Source of the DNA: Candidatus Omnitrophota bacterium
GTDB lineage: Bacteria; Omnitrophota; Gorgyraeia; B26-G9
Assembly: GCA_043826565.1 (NCBI GenBank)
Contig: JBDRPX010000035.1
Span: 31,299 to 95,298 of the forward strand
Reading direction: 5' to 3'
DNA length: 64,000 bases
Part shown: piece by piece, positions 18,027 through 26,306 of the stretch
How the letters are laid out: the number at the start of each line of letters is the position of its first letter
Position numbering within the stretch: position 1 is the first letter of the stretch
The notes under the pieces: model-generated
What the model was told of the DNA's origin: nothing
The model's database searches: none
The model's input: only the letters and a program-made list of their open reading frames with translations
Translations under genes and position numbers: made by a program

Positions 18027-19691
18027 TTACCTTAACATCGCCTGTATTTCAAAACGCATAACTGTAGACTCACCGATCCGATCACGAAAGGTTTTAATCA
18101 ACTCTACATTTTTAAAATCATCAGCAAAATCAGAATTGTTTTTTAAATTGTTTATTAAATTATTGATAGAAAAGAGCATTTGGTCGCTATCCGCCGCAAA
18201 AGCAACTCCGTTAAGATTTAAAAACTGGCGTATTTCCTTTTTACGAAATGCCGTATCCATCAACCTGGTAAACTCATCTTCGTATCTCTTATCCGCGACA
18301 TCCATATTAGTAGTAAAAAGTCCGGTCAACCAGATATCTTTAGGTAAGACACTGCTGATTTCCTGTAATTTCTGAGCCCAGCTTATCCGGCGCTTAAGCA
18401 GGCCCCGAATGCCGTTCATTTGGTTGTCGAGTGTCGCTCTGGCTGTTTTTAAAGCATCTATTTCATCCATAACTAATGTTAAATCACCGTATTTCTGCTG
18501 CAGCCTGGCTTTATTTGCTTCTTTGATTTTAAGCTGCGTAAGCACCATTATCCAAATACCCACCAGCACAAAAGCTACGGCTCCGGATATGTAAATGTAT
18601 TTTTTGTATTGCCCAAAAAGTTCTACCAGCTTGTTTCTATTAACCTTAGCTTTTGTTGTGGAAAGATTAATATCAAAAGCACGGTGACAAGCAAGCCCCG
18701 CGCAAAGAGCCAACATCTTGGAATTATGCTCCAGATCCGTCTTTTTAAAAACCGCTGGATCGTAAGCTACATTAGCCATCGGATTCCATATTTTGACATT
18801 TAAACCAAGAACATTATGCAGGTATTTATCCACATTCTTAAACATGGTAATTCTACCGCTCAAATAAATCTCTTCAACATTATCTCTGCCCTGACTTTCG
18901 TAAAACTCTATTGTTCTTCTGATCTGGTTTGATAATGCGTTCAATATAAATAGACACAACTCATAAAGATCGTCACTTCCCAACACTCCCTTAAGAGAAC
19001 TAATATTGTTAAAATCTAATTCCATCTCTTTGGGTAAGGCATCTACCAAATTACTCCAGGCGACAAAACCATCTTTGGTAAGGCCGACAATTCTACCTCT
19101 GATAATGTCAACATTAGTAACCTCCATACCCACATTTATAATCGCAATGGTTTTATCCGGAGAAACCTGAGGACCGTTGATATAAAAACAATTCAATAAA
19201 CTGAATGTATCAACCTCTATAAATCCGCACTCATAACCGGCAGAAGTTATCAGACTCGCATAATTCTCAATTAAATCTTTTTTTGCCGCAACCAGGATTA
19301 CCCGGGTTTTTGTTTCCGCGATACTTTTATCTAAAACAGAATAATAATCAAAAACAATATCTTCCATTTTATAATGGACCTGCCGTTCAACCTCAAACTT
19401 CAATGCTTTACGAATTTCCGCATCACCCATTTGCGGCCAATGAATATCACGCACCACGACAGATTCACCGGACACCGAAATATTCACCTTAAATTTTTTT
19501 TTCTTTAACGGAAGTTTTTGGATTACATCTTTAATAGCATTTATAATTCCCTGTCTTCCTTCCCGAAAATTAACCTCGACCATTTCTAATCCAAGTAATT
19601 TATTTTCTTTTTCATTAGACGCAATATAGATAGCCTTAACCAGGCCATCGCCGATCTCCAATCCGACTGACTCTTTGTATTTACTGAACAT
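18027..19691 (-). CDS. pilMN: PilM (actin-like ATPase fold) fused to PilN (TM + coiled-coil periplasmic domain)
   Basis: 554 aa. An N-terminal ~350-aa PilM/FtsA-like region is followed by a TM helix (YISGAVAFVLVGIWIMVLT) and a ~180-aa PilN-like C-terminus. Confidence 0.65.
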   Translation of the reverse strand: MFSKYKESVGLEIGDGLVKAIYIASNEKENKLLGLEMVEVNFREGRQGIINAIKDVIQKLPLKKKKFKVNISVSGESVVVRDIHWPQMGDAEIRKALKFEVERQVHYKMEDIVFDYYSVLDKSIAETKTRVILVAAKKDLIENYASLITSAGYECGFIEVDTFSLLNCFYINGPQVSPDKTIAIINVGMEVTNVDIIRGRIVGLTKDGFVAWSNLVDALPKEMELDFNNISSLKGVLGSDDLYELCLFILNALSNQIRRTIEFYESQGRDNVEEIYLSGRITMFKNVDKYLHNVLGLNVKIWNPMANVAYDPAVFKKTDLEHNSKMLALCAGLACHRAFDINLSTTKAKVNRNKLVELFGQYKKYIYISGAVAFVLVGIWIMVLTQLKIKEANKARLQQKYGDLTLVMDEIDALKTARATLDNQMNGIRGLLKRRISWAQKLQEISSVLPKDIWLTGLFTTNMDVADKRYEDEFTRLMDTAFRKKEIRQFLNLNGVAFAADSDQMLFSINNLINNLKNNSDFADDFKNVELIKTFRDRIGESTVMRFEIQAMLR

Positions 19692-20976
19692 GAAACTCCT
19701 CCGGCTCCGGATAACAAACCCTGTTTCTTCCTTCGTGTTTGGCTTTATAAAGCATTTCGTCAGCTTTTTGAATCAACTGATCCATACCCATGGCTTTATC
19801 TTCCGGGAATTTACGCACGACAACACCGACACTAATCGTAAGCTTAATATGTTTATCACCCTGCATTATAAAATCTTCTTTTTCCACGCTCAGACGTAGA
19901 CGTTCGGCAATAGAGAATTGGTCCCCTTCTTTTTCCGCGAGGCCGGGAAGCACAACAACAAATTCTTCGCCGCCATAACGAGCACAAATATCTGTCATAC
20001 GAATACTCTGACTTAAAATTTGCGCGATTTTTTTCAGAACCATATCTCCGTCCTGATGTCCGTAAGTATCATTAATATTCTTAAAATAATCAATATCAAT
20101 CATCAGCAGGCTCATCGGCAATAACTGACGATTACAAAATTCCAACTCTTCATTTATACGTTTTTGTAAAAATGTACGGTTATAAAGCTGAGTTAACCTA
20201 TCCACAGAAGCAAGCCCGCGATGAATCGCGCTTCCTAAAGCAATCGCTCCTTCAGAAACAAGTAGTAGAAAAAATTCTTCTTCATTTTTAATTCTCATGG
20301 CCGCGCTCTCACCGCAAAAAACTACGATAATACCCCAAACTTCATCTTCAAGCACAAGCGGTATCAAAGCAAGAGCGGAAAGCCGGGCCAGATAAGCCGG
20401 CCGTTCTCCTTTTAGAAAATACGATGTCGCCGCGTCATTTCCAAAAGCATCGCCCCGGTCGGTAAAAATTTTTTTCGTTAACATTACCTTCTTGAGCAAT
20501 TCATCAGACTGCTTATATCGCAGAGCCTTTAACATACTGCGGTCAAAATTACAACCCGTCACATAGTCAAATTCATCAGTTCCCGGATCCTGGCAAAGTA
20601 AAAAACATTGGCTATCTCCCGACATATCGGCAGTGATTTTGGAAAACATATTCACGATCAATCTCAATAACTGATCCTTATTTATTGCGGAAGCAAGATC
20701 CTTCCCGAAATTTCTTAACTGAGCAAATTGCTCACGCTGGCGTTTTTCTTTTCTTCTTATTTCCTGAATAATTTCTTCTTTTTCATTTTGAAAAGACGCG
20801 ACAACTGCTTTTAATTCTTCTTCTACTTTAGAAGCATTGATTTTTAAATAAATTGCCGCGGCTAAAAAAGGCCCGCTAACCAGCAGTAAGGCCCCGCCCA
20901 TTAATGGTTTTATAAATAAAAATGCGATTATGAAAATTATGCCTACTGCCAATAATACAATTAAAAATTTCTGCAT
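19681..20976 (-). CDS. Membrane-anchored GGDEF diguanylate cyclase with a GAF-like sensory region
   Basis: GGEEF active-site motif (ARYGGEEFVVVLPG) with ...IDIDYFKNINDTYGHQDGD...; N-terminal TM helices. Confidence 0.85.
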   Translation of the reverse strand: MQKFLIVLLAVGIIFIIAFLFIKPLMGGALLLVSGPFLAAAIYLKINASKVEEELKAVVASFQNEKEEIIQEIRRKEKRQREQFAQLRNFGKDLASAINKDQLLRLIVNMFSKITADMSGDSQCFLLCQDPGTDEFDYVTGCNFDRSMLKALRYKQSDELLKKVMLTKKIFTDRGDAFGNDAATSYFLKGERPAYLARLSALALIPLVLEDEVWGIIVVFCGESAAMRIKNEEEFFLLLVSEGAIALGSAIHRGLASVDRLTQLYNRTFLQKRINEELEFCNRQLLPMSLLMIDIDYFKNINDTYGHQDGDMVLKKIAQILSQSIRMTDICARYGGEEFVVVLPGLAEKEGDQFSIAERLRLSVEKEDFIMQGDKHIKLTISVGVVVRKFPEDKAMGMDQLIQKADEMLYKAKHEGRNRVCYPEPEEFHVQ

Positions 20977-20985
20977 GCTCTTACC

Positions 20986-21177
20986 TTATGATTGCCCTGA
21001 CCGGCCCAGTATTTTCAGCATTTTTAAAATATCGTTCTGAGTATATTCTCTTCTATTATTTACCTTATTGCGGCGCGGCGAAGGAAACTTTTCCAATTTC
21101 TCATATCGCCTAATTGTCTGCACCGAGACGTTTAGCCGCTGAGCAATCTCGCCTATTGAAAAGAATCTTTCCATCAT
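20986..21177 (-). CDS. Small MerR/excisionase-type HTH DNA-binding protein (track ORF runs to 21279; the ATG at 21175-21177 has an AGGAG SD)
   Basis: MMERFFSIGEIAQRLNVSVQTIRRYEK... helix-turn-helix. SD AAAGGAGUGAAUGAU sits before the ATG. Confidence 0.55.
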   Translation of the reverse strand: MMERFFSIGEIAQRLNVSVQTIRRYEKLEKFPSPRRNKVNNRREYTQNDILKMLKILGRSGQS

Positions 21178-21208
21178 ATCATTCACTCCTTTTAATTTGA
21201 AATTATTC

Positions 21209-21266
21209 TTGATATACTTTGATAGTGTTTGATATGATTTTATCATCTTTAAATACCTTTTGTCAA
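21209..21266 (-). promoter_or_regulatory. Sigma-70-like promoter (TTGACA-18 nt-TAAAAT) and three 10-bp-phased TTGATA direct repeats in the HTH gene leader
   Basis: Plus strand 21209-21247 reads cTTGATAtacttTGATAgtgttTGATAtgattttatcatc. Minus-strand -35 at 21266-21261 and -10 at 21242-21237. Confidence 0.4.
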
Positions 21267-21374
21267 CTAAAAACAACACTGCTTAAGCTCAATATGACTA
21301 TTCTGAATATTTACTATAGGGACTTGTACACCTCCTTGTTTAGGAGCAGAGTTTATCCATAAATTCTTTAAATT

Positions 21375-21851
21375 CTAATTACAAACAGTAAGTGCGTAAT
21401 ACGCAGCTTCGGTATTAATTATGGCACCTCCATTGTCTCCTGACCTCAACACACCGGTCTCATTAACACAAAATGTCCGTTCACCTGTAGCCTGATAAAC
21501 TTCCGGAGAGGCACAACAGACAAATTGATTATCATTAAAACGTGTAAAACTATAATTATATCCTTTTCGGGCAATCCCAACAACCGCTGTATCCAGGGAA
21601 GTATCCAGATACGGCGGTACTGCTGCCGTCAACTCCGCAAAATTAAGCGGTACACGCATCGGAGTTTGCGCCGCGCGAAAATTCTCACAAGCGGCAGTAA
21701 CAACTCCTAAAGTTCCCTGGGCCACAGCCTCATTGGCATTAAGTCTGGACCTGAATAAATTAGGGATTGAAATAGCAGATAGTAGAGCAATAATTGCCAC
21801 AACAATCATTATTTCAACCAAAGTAAATCCCTTTGGCCGCCTAAGCTTCAC
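21375..21851 (-). CDS. pilA: Type IVa major-pilin paralog 1 (start re-assigned to the GTG at 21849-21851; prepilin leader MKLRRPKG, mature FTLVEIMIVVAIIALL...)
   Basis: Canonical prepilin cleavage/methylation N-terminus G|FTLVEIM with Glu5. SD AAGGGGGAG lies 7 nt before the GTG. The track ORF's N-terminal extension is occupied by a sigma-70 promoter. Confidence 0.78.
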   Translation of the reverse strand: MKLRRPKGFTLVEIMIVVAIIALLSAISIPNLFRSRLNANEAVAQGTLGVVTAACENFRAAQTPMRVPLNFAELTAAVPPYLDTSLDTAVVGIARKGYNYSFTRFNDNQFVCCASPEVYQATGERTFCVNETGVLRSGDNGGAIINTEAAYYALTVCN

Positions 21852-21876
21852 TATCTTTCTCCCCCTTTCTAACCTC

Positions 21877-21905
21877 ATTATATCAAACAAAAATTGTTTC
21901 TTCAA
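21877..21905 (-). promoter_or_regulatory. Sigma-70 promoter for pilin paralog 1 (TTGAAG-17 nt-TATAAT)
   Basis: Minus-strand -35 at 21905-21900 and -10 at 21882-21877. Confidence 0.55.
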
Positions 21906-21913
21906 GAAAACTT

Positions 21914-21955
21914 AAACAAAAAAAAAGGAACGACGGGCAAAGCCGCCGTTCCTTT
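21914..21955 (-). terminator. Strong Rho-independent terminator after pilin paralog 2
   Basis: AAAGGAACG...CGTTCCTTT GC-rich stem (21924-21932 and 21947-21955), followed on the minus strand by U9GUUU. Confidence 0.75.
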
Positions 21956-21968
21956 AATAACCATATTC

Positions 21969-22430
21969 TTACTGTACAACTGTGTGTCCCGCATAAGTAG
22001 CTTCATCAGCTACCGCACCATCAGCACCGGAACGTAAAACTCCGCTTTCATTAATACAGAACATACGCGTACCGGTTACACCAATAGTAGCCGCTCTTGC
22101 TGAGCATACAAACTGATTGGCATTGATAAATGTGTAAACAAAGTTATATCCCTGCTTCGCAGCTCCGGTTGTAACCGTATCAACTGTAGTATCGATATAA
22201 GCTGGAGTTGCACCAGTCATCGCTGCTAAAGTTGCCGGATATGTCGGAACTGTCTGCGCGGCACGAAAACTCTCACAAGCTGTTGATATTGTCTTGCATG
22301 TAGCTTGTGCCGCAGCTTCGTTAGCATTGTGTCTGGCACGCAGCAAGTTAGGAATAGCAATCGCCGCCAATAAAGCAATGATTGCTACAACGATCATAAT
22401 TTCCACCAATGTAAAACCTTTGCGATCCAT
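21969..22430 (-). CDS. pilA: Type IVa major-pilin paralog 2 (start at the ATG 22428-22430; leader MDRKG, mature FTLVEIMIVVAIIALL...)
   Basis: GGAGG SD 7 nt upstream of the ATG. The G|FTLVEIM prepilin motif and the C-terminal disulfide-region motifs are shared with paralog 1. Confidence 0.85.
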   Translation of the reverse strand: MDRKGFTLVEIMIVVAIIALLAAIAIPNLLRARHNANEAAAQATCKTISTACESFRAAQTVPTYPATLAAMTGATPAYIDTTVDTVTTGAAKQGYNFVYTFINANQFVCSARAATIGVTGTRMFCINESGVLRSGADGAVADEATYAGHTVVQ

Positions 22431-22527
22431 AACCACACCTCCTCTTTCTTTCCTTCCTAAAACCATTTCCACCCTAGTTAAATTTTTGTTTCCCGGACCC
22501 AAATCCTTTGAGTCACACCTCTATAGA

Positions 22528-22543
22528 AGCACTTGACGTGCCA
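22528..22543 (-). promoter_or_regulatory. Sigma-54 (-24/-12) promoter, TGGCACGTCAAGTGCT, upstream of pilin paralog 2
   Basis: GG-N10-GC spacing is exact (GG at 22542-22541, GC at 22530-22529 on the minus strand). The adjacent NtrC-family regulator, called pilR here, fits. Confidence 0.6.
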
Positions 22544-22788
22544 ACGTAATTTTTTTAAACTTTTTTTATTTTTAACATAACGCATCACTAACAAAGAAGT
22601 TATAGACATACCATTAGCTGTTAAATTGTGGATAAGATTTATCATCAGCCTTATTTAGAAAAATCCTTCCAAATTTCAACAAAAATCTTCTGTCATGTTA
22701 GATTTTATCAATTTAAAGGCAATACTATAATGTAGGGATATTATTCTTGTAACTTGCAGCTTGGGACTTGAAACTTGTAGCTTTCAAC

Positions 22789-24141
22789 TTACAAACCATA
22801 CCTTTTAATCTTATAATCCAGATTGCGCCGGGTCATTTTAAGTTTTTCCGCGACAAGATTTTTATTGCCGCCAGATTCTGTGAGTGTCTTTGATATTAAT
22901 TCTTTCTCAAACTGTTCGACTTTTTCTTTCAAAGAATCCTCTTCAGAGACAGACAAGCTTGCCGAAACCGGGCTTTCCGTAATTCTCGCCGGCAAATCAA
23001 CCAGAGAAATTTCATCTTTTTCACTTAAAGCAATCGCGCTCTCGATGGCATTTTCCAGTTCCCGGACATTTCCCGGCCAATTATAGGAACGAAATACATC
23101 TAAACATTCCGGAGAAATTCTTTTCGCCGGAGTTCCCGCGGATTGATATTTCTTCAAAAAATGATTTACTAAAAACTCAATATCTTCTTTTCTTTCTTTT
23201 AGAAGAGGCAAATACAAAGAAATTACACTAATTCGGTAGAAAAGGTCCTTACGGAAATTCCCGCGTTTAACCTCATCCTCAAGGTTTCGATTAGTTGCCG
23301 CGATTATCCGCACATCAACTTTTGCACTCTTTGTTGCGCCTACTGATCTAATTTCTTTTTCCTGCAAAGCTCTTAATAGCTTAGTCTGCATCGCCGGTGA
23401 GGTTTCTCCAATCTCATCTAAGAATAATGTTCCCCCTCCGGCAACTTCAAACAACCCCTGCTTAGTAGAAATAGCCCCGGTAAAAGATCCTTTTACGTGG
23501 CCGAAAAGTTCGCTCTCCAGCAGCTCGTCCGGCAATGCCCCGCAATCAATAGAAACAAACGGCTTAGTTTGCCGCAAGCTATTAAAATGTAGCGCCTTGG
23601 CAATCAATTCTTTTCCCGTACCGCTTTCTCCATTAACCAGAATCGTAGTATTTGTTTTAGCCACTTTGTCGACCATATCAAAAACTTTATGCATGGGTTT
23701 ACTTTTTCCAATAATATTCGCAAAGCGGTAACGCTCCTGTAATTTTTTCTGCGTGGATTTATCTTCAGAAAATATTCTCTTTTGACTGAAAGCTTTTTTT
23801 ATTACTAATTTTATATCATGCAGTTTAAACGGCTTGGTTAAATAATCATACGCTCCGTAACGTAAAGCTTTAATCGCGGTTTCCACCGACGCGTACGCGG
23901 TCATCATCAAAACAATTATTTCCGGGTTGTGCATTTTCACCTGCCGCAGCAATTCAATCCCGTTCATCTCCTTCATCCGGATATCGGTAATAACCATATC
24001 AAACGGTTCTTTTTTAAAAACCTTTAGCGCCTCATCTGCCGTAGCCGCTCGTTTAATAACATATCCTTCGGTCTCTAAGACTACCGTTAGCCATTCCAAG
24101 AGATCTTTCTCATCATCAACTAAAAGAATTTTTCCGCTCAT
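22789..24141 (-). CDS. pilR: Sigma-54-dependent response regulator, PilR/NtrC family (REC + AAA+ + Fis-HTH)
   Basis: GESGTGKELIAKALH Walker A, GSFTGA sigma-54 contact motif, and a C-terminal HTH; 450 aa. Confidence 0.9.
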   Translation of the reverse strand: MSGKILLVDDEKDLLEWLTVVLETEGYVIKRAATADEALKVFKKEPFDMVITDIRMKEMNGIELLRQVKMHNPEIIVLMMTAYASVETAIKALRYGAYDYLTKPFKLHDIKLVIKKAFSQKRIFSEDKSTQKKLQERYRFANIIGKSKPMHKVFDMVDKVAKTNTTILVNGESGTGKELIAKALHFNSLRQTKPFVSIDCGALPDELLESELFGHVKGSFTGAISTKQGLFEVAGGGTLFLDEIGETSPAMQTKLLRALQEKEIRSVGATKSAKVDVRIIAATNRNLEDEVKRGNFRKDLFYRISVISLYLPLLKERKEDIEFLVNHFLKKYQSAGTPAKRISPECLDVFRSYNWPGNVRELENAIESAIALSEKDEISLVDLPARITESPVSASLSVSEEDSLKEKVEQFEKELISKTLTESGGNKNLVAEKLKMTRRNLDYKIKRYGL

Positions 24142-24210
24142 ATCCTAAACCTCATCTTTAATTTCTAATTTAATATTGATAAATATCTAATGTTTTTCCT
24201 ATTCTCTACT

Positions 24211-24262
24211 CTCAATTTTCAATTCTCAATTCTCAATTATCTGCTTATCTGCTTATCTGCTT
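24211..24262. repeat. Short tandem repeats: (T/C)TCAATT x4 followed by ATCTGCTT x3 (the latter overlaps the stop region of the kinase gene)
   Basis: Read directly: ctcaattttcaattctcaattctcaattatctgcttatctgcttatctgctta. Confidence 0.7.
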
Positions 24263-25533
24263 AACGGCAGAAAAACACTAAACGTCGCCCCTTTGCCCGG
24301 AGAGCTGCTTACATCAATATTCCCGCTGTGTTCTTTTATTATACTATAAACTATCGCCAATCCAAGCCCGACCCCTTTATCCTTATCACTGGAAAAAGGT
24401 TCAAACAGGTTTTCTTTCATCCCCTTATTAATACCAATTCCATTATCAATAACATCGATCCTGACCATATTCGTTTCTTTATCAATACTTCCCTTAATCG
24501 TAATCTTTCCCTTTTCTCCCACAGCTTCAACCGCATTAATCAAAAGGTTAAAAAACACTTGTTTCATATGCTGTTCATCGCAGGCTGTCTTGATCTTATC
24601 CACACTGTTTTCTTTTTCTATACTCACCCCGGATTTAAAATCCCGGCTATTTGTAACCAGCGTTACGACATCATCAATTACTTCTCCCAGGGAAACTGTT
24701 TGCATTATTAATTTACGCGGTTTAACATACTCCAGCAGGCTGTTAATTATATTATTCAACCGCGTAGTTTCTTTCATGATCAGACTAAACAGCTTCTGGT
24801 GGTTCCCATCTAAAACTAAAGTCTCACTTAAAGCTTCCACACAACCTGAAATAGACGCCAGAGGATTGCGGATTTCATGGGCGGTACTCGCGGCTAACTT
24901 ACCGATCGCCGAGAGACGGTCTTCTCTTCTGAGTTTTTCTCTTAAAGACTTGACTACTTTATCACGCTTTTTTACCTGACCGGAAATATAGGCGCTTAAG
25001 AACCCGATAACCGAAAAAATCGTAACCCGCAAATACAATAATGAAAACACATATGTGCTTTCATGCTGAGTTATCCCGGCAGCATCAACCGGCAATGGGA
25101 TAATCTCATAAAATTCCAGGCTGACAATTCCGCTATATAATGAGCTTCCTAATAAAGCGATTATTACAGCGGCCCGCGGAGAGATCAGAATACTGGCGGC
25201 AATAGACGAAAGCGGAAAAAGTATATCCAGAACCGATTCAATGCCCCCGGTATAATGAACCAATAAAGTTTCAATTAAAAGATCAATGATTATTTGGGAA
25301 TAAAGAAAAAATTTACTATACTTGCCGCTAAGCAGCAATACCGAGTAGGCAATAGTAATCAGGTATATAATGGCTACAAAAAAATACACCGGGGTTTGGG
25401 CTAAACCGAACAATGCGGTGTTAGCAATTAAAATAACCGTGGCAATCGTAAATCTGAAAATGATGATTTTATATAAATCCGCTTTATTACTTAACATAGA
25501 AACTATTATAAAGAAGGTTCCGGGAAAAGTCAA
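24253..25533 (-). CDS. pilS: Sensor histidine kinase with a polytopic membrane N-terminus (PilS-like, partner of pilR)
   Basis: Six N-terminal TM helices, HisKA (AHEIRNPLASISG), and an HATPase_c domain; 426 aa. Confidence 0.85.
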   Translation of the reverse strand: MTFPGTFFIIVSMLSNKADLYKIIIFRFTIATVILIANTALFGLAQTPVYFFVAIIYLITIAYSVLLLSGKYSKFFLYSQIIIDLLIETLLVHYTGGIESVLDILFPLSSIAASILISPRAAVIIALLGSSLYSGIVSLEFYEIIPLPVDAAGITQHESTYVFSLLYLRVTIFSVIGFLSAYISGQVKKRDKVVKSLREKLRREDRLSAIGKLAASTAHEIRNPLASISGCVEALSETLVLDGNHQKLFSLIMKETTRLNNIINSLLEYVKPRKLIMQTVSLGEVIDDVVTLVTNSRDFKSGVSIEKENSVDKIKTACDEQHMKQVFFNLLINAVEAVGEKGKITIKGSIDKETNMVRIDVIDNGIGINKGMKENLFEPFSSDKDKGVGLGLAIVYSIIKEHSGNIDVSSSPGKGATFSVFLPLSR

Positions 25534-25560
25534 ATTTAAAAAATATCTTCAGGCAGGAAA

Positions 25561-25770
25561 TCCATTTTCGGTTCTTTCGCATTTAGGGTGATTGAAAGAA
25601 CCTGATTACAGCGATTAAATACAGATTACACCGATATACTAATAGAAAACAATCTCTGTAATCTTCTTAATAATCTGTGTAATCAGGGTCATTCTTAAAT
25701 TTAACATAACAGCCTATAAGTCAATAAGTTATATAAATTTATTCACCCTAATTAAGAATGACCCCCATTT
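25561..25770. repeat. Intergenic repeat element, copy 2 (same family as 7571-7890), with hairpins GGTTCTTTC/GAAAGAACC (25570-25602) and GGGTCATTCTT/AAGAATGACCC (25686-25764)
   Basis: Shares ordered blocks with copy 1. Hairpin B directly follows the stop of the upstream gene. Hairpin A sits ~37 nt before the kinase start codon. Confidence 0.55.
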
Positions 25771-25789
25771 TCTCCGCTTAATATACCTA

Positions 25790-26284
25790 TTATTTCGGCA
25801 TATTCTTAGACATATTCTCTTTATACATCTGCTCGATCTTCTTTAATACCTCGGGATCTGTGTCCGGATTTTCCAGTTTTACTGCTTCCATCATATCTTC
25901 GGTTACCTGTTCAGGAGTCACTTCCGGCATGGGTTCGGCAATAGACGAGTATTCCAGATCTCCCATTAACATCTCCGGCCTTAACTCCAGATTTTTTAAC
26001 AGCTGTTCCTCCAGCGGGACAGTCATCTCATTCGGATCGACTTTTTTCCTCTGGGGATCTTTTTTGGGAAAATAATCGGTATTGCGGATAATCCTGGCTC
26101 GGGCGGTAACCGGCATATTATTAGCATGAGCTTTTAGTTTTTCCAGATTTTGACGGCTTTGAATCTTGTCAGTTTTTGCCGCGTCCTTATCCGGCGCGAT
26201 AATATAATTCTTTATCCCAAACATAATTACCAATACCAGCAGTAACATGGTAATTCCCACGGTCATTTTTACACTTTTATCCAT
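25790..26284 (-). CDS. Hypothetical bitopic membrane protein; paralog of 30373-30888
   Basis: N-terminal TM helix. Shares a YF(F)PKK....VDP motif with the protein at 30373-30888. Confidence 0.4.
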   Translation of the reverse strand: MDKSVKMTVGITMLLLVLVIMFGIKNYIIAPDKDAAKTDKIQSRQNLEKLKAHANNMPVTARARIIRNTDYFPKKDPQRKKVDPNEMTVPLEEQLLKNLELRPEMLMGDLEYSSIAEPMPEVTPEQVTEDMMEAVKLENPDTDPEVLKKIEQMYKENMSKNMPK

Positions 26285-26306
26285 AACCTTATCTCTCCTA
26301 AATTAA

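Noticed and set aside
21852-21905. N-terminal extension of pilin paralog 1 as called by the ORF track (TTG start at 21905)
   Set aside because: The extension contains a TTGAAG-17-TATAAT promoter and an SD. The canonical short prepilin leader MKLRRPKG from the GTG at 21851 fits known biology.
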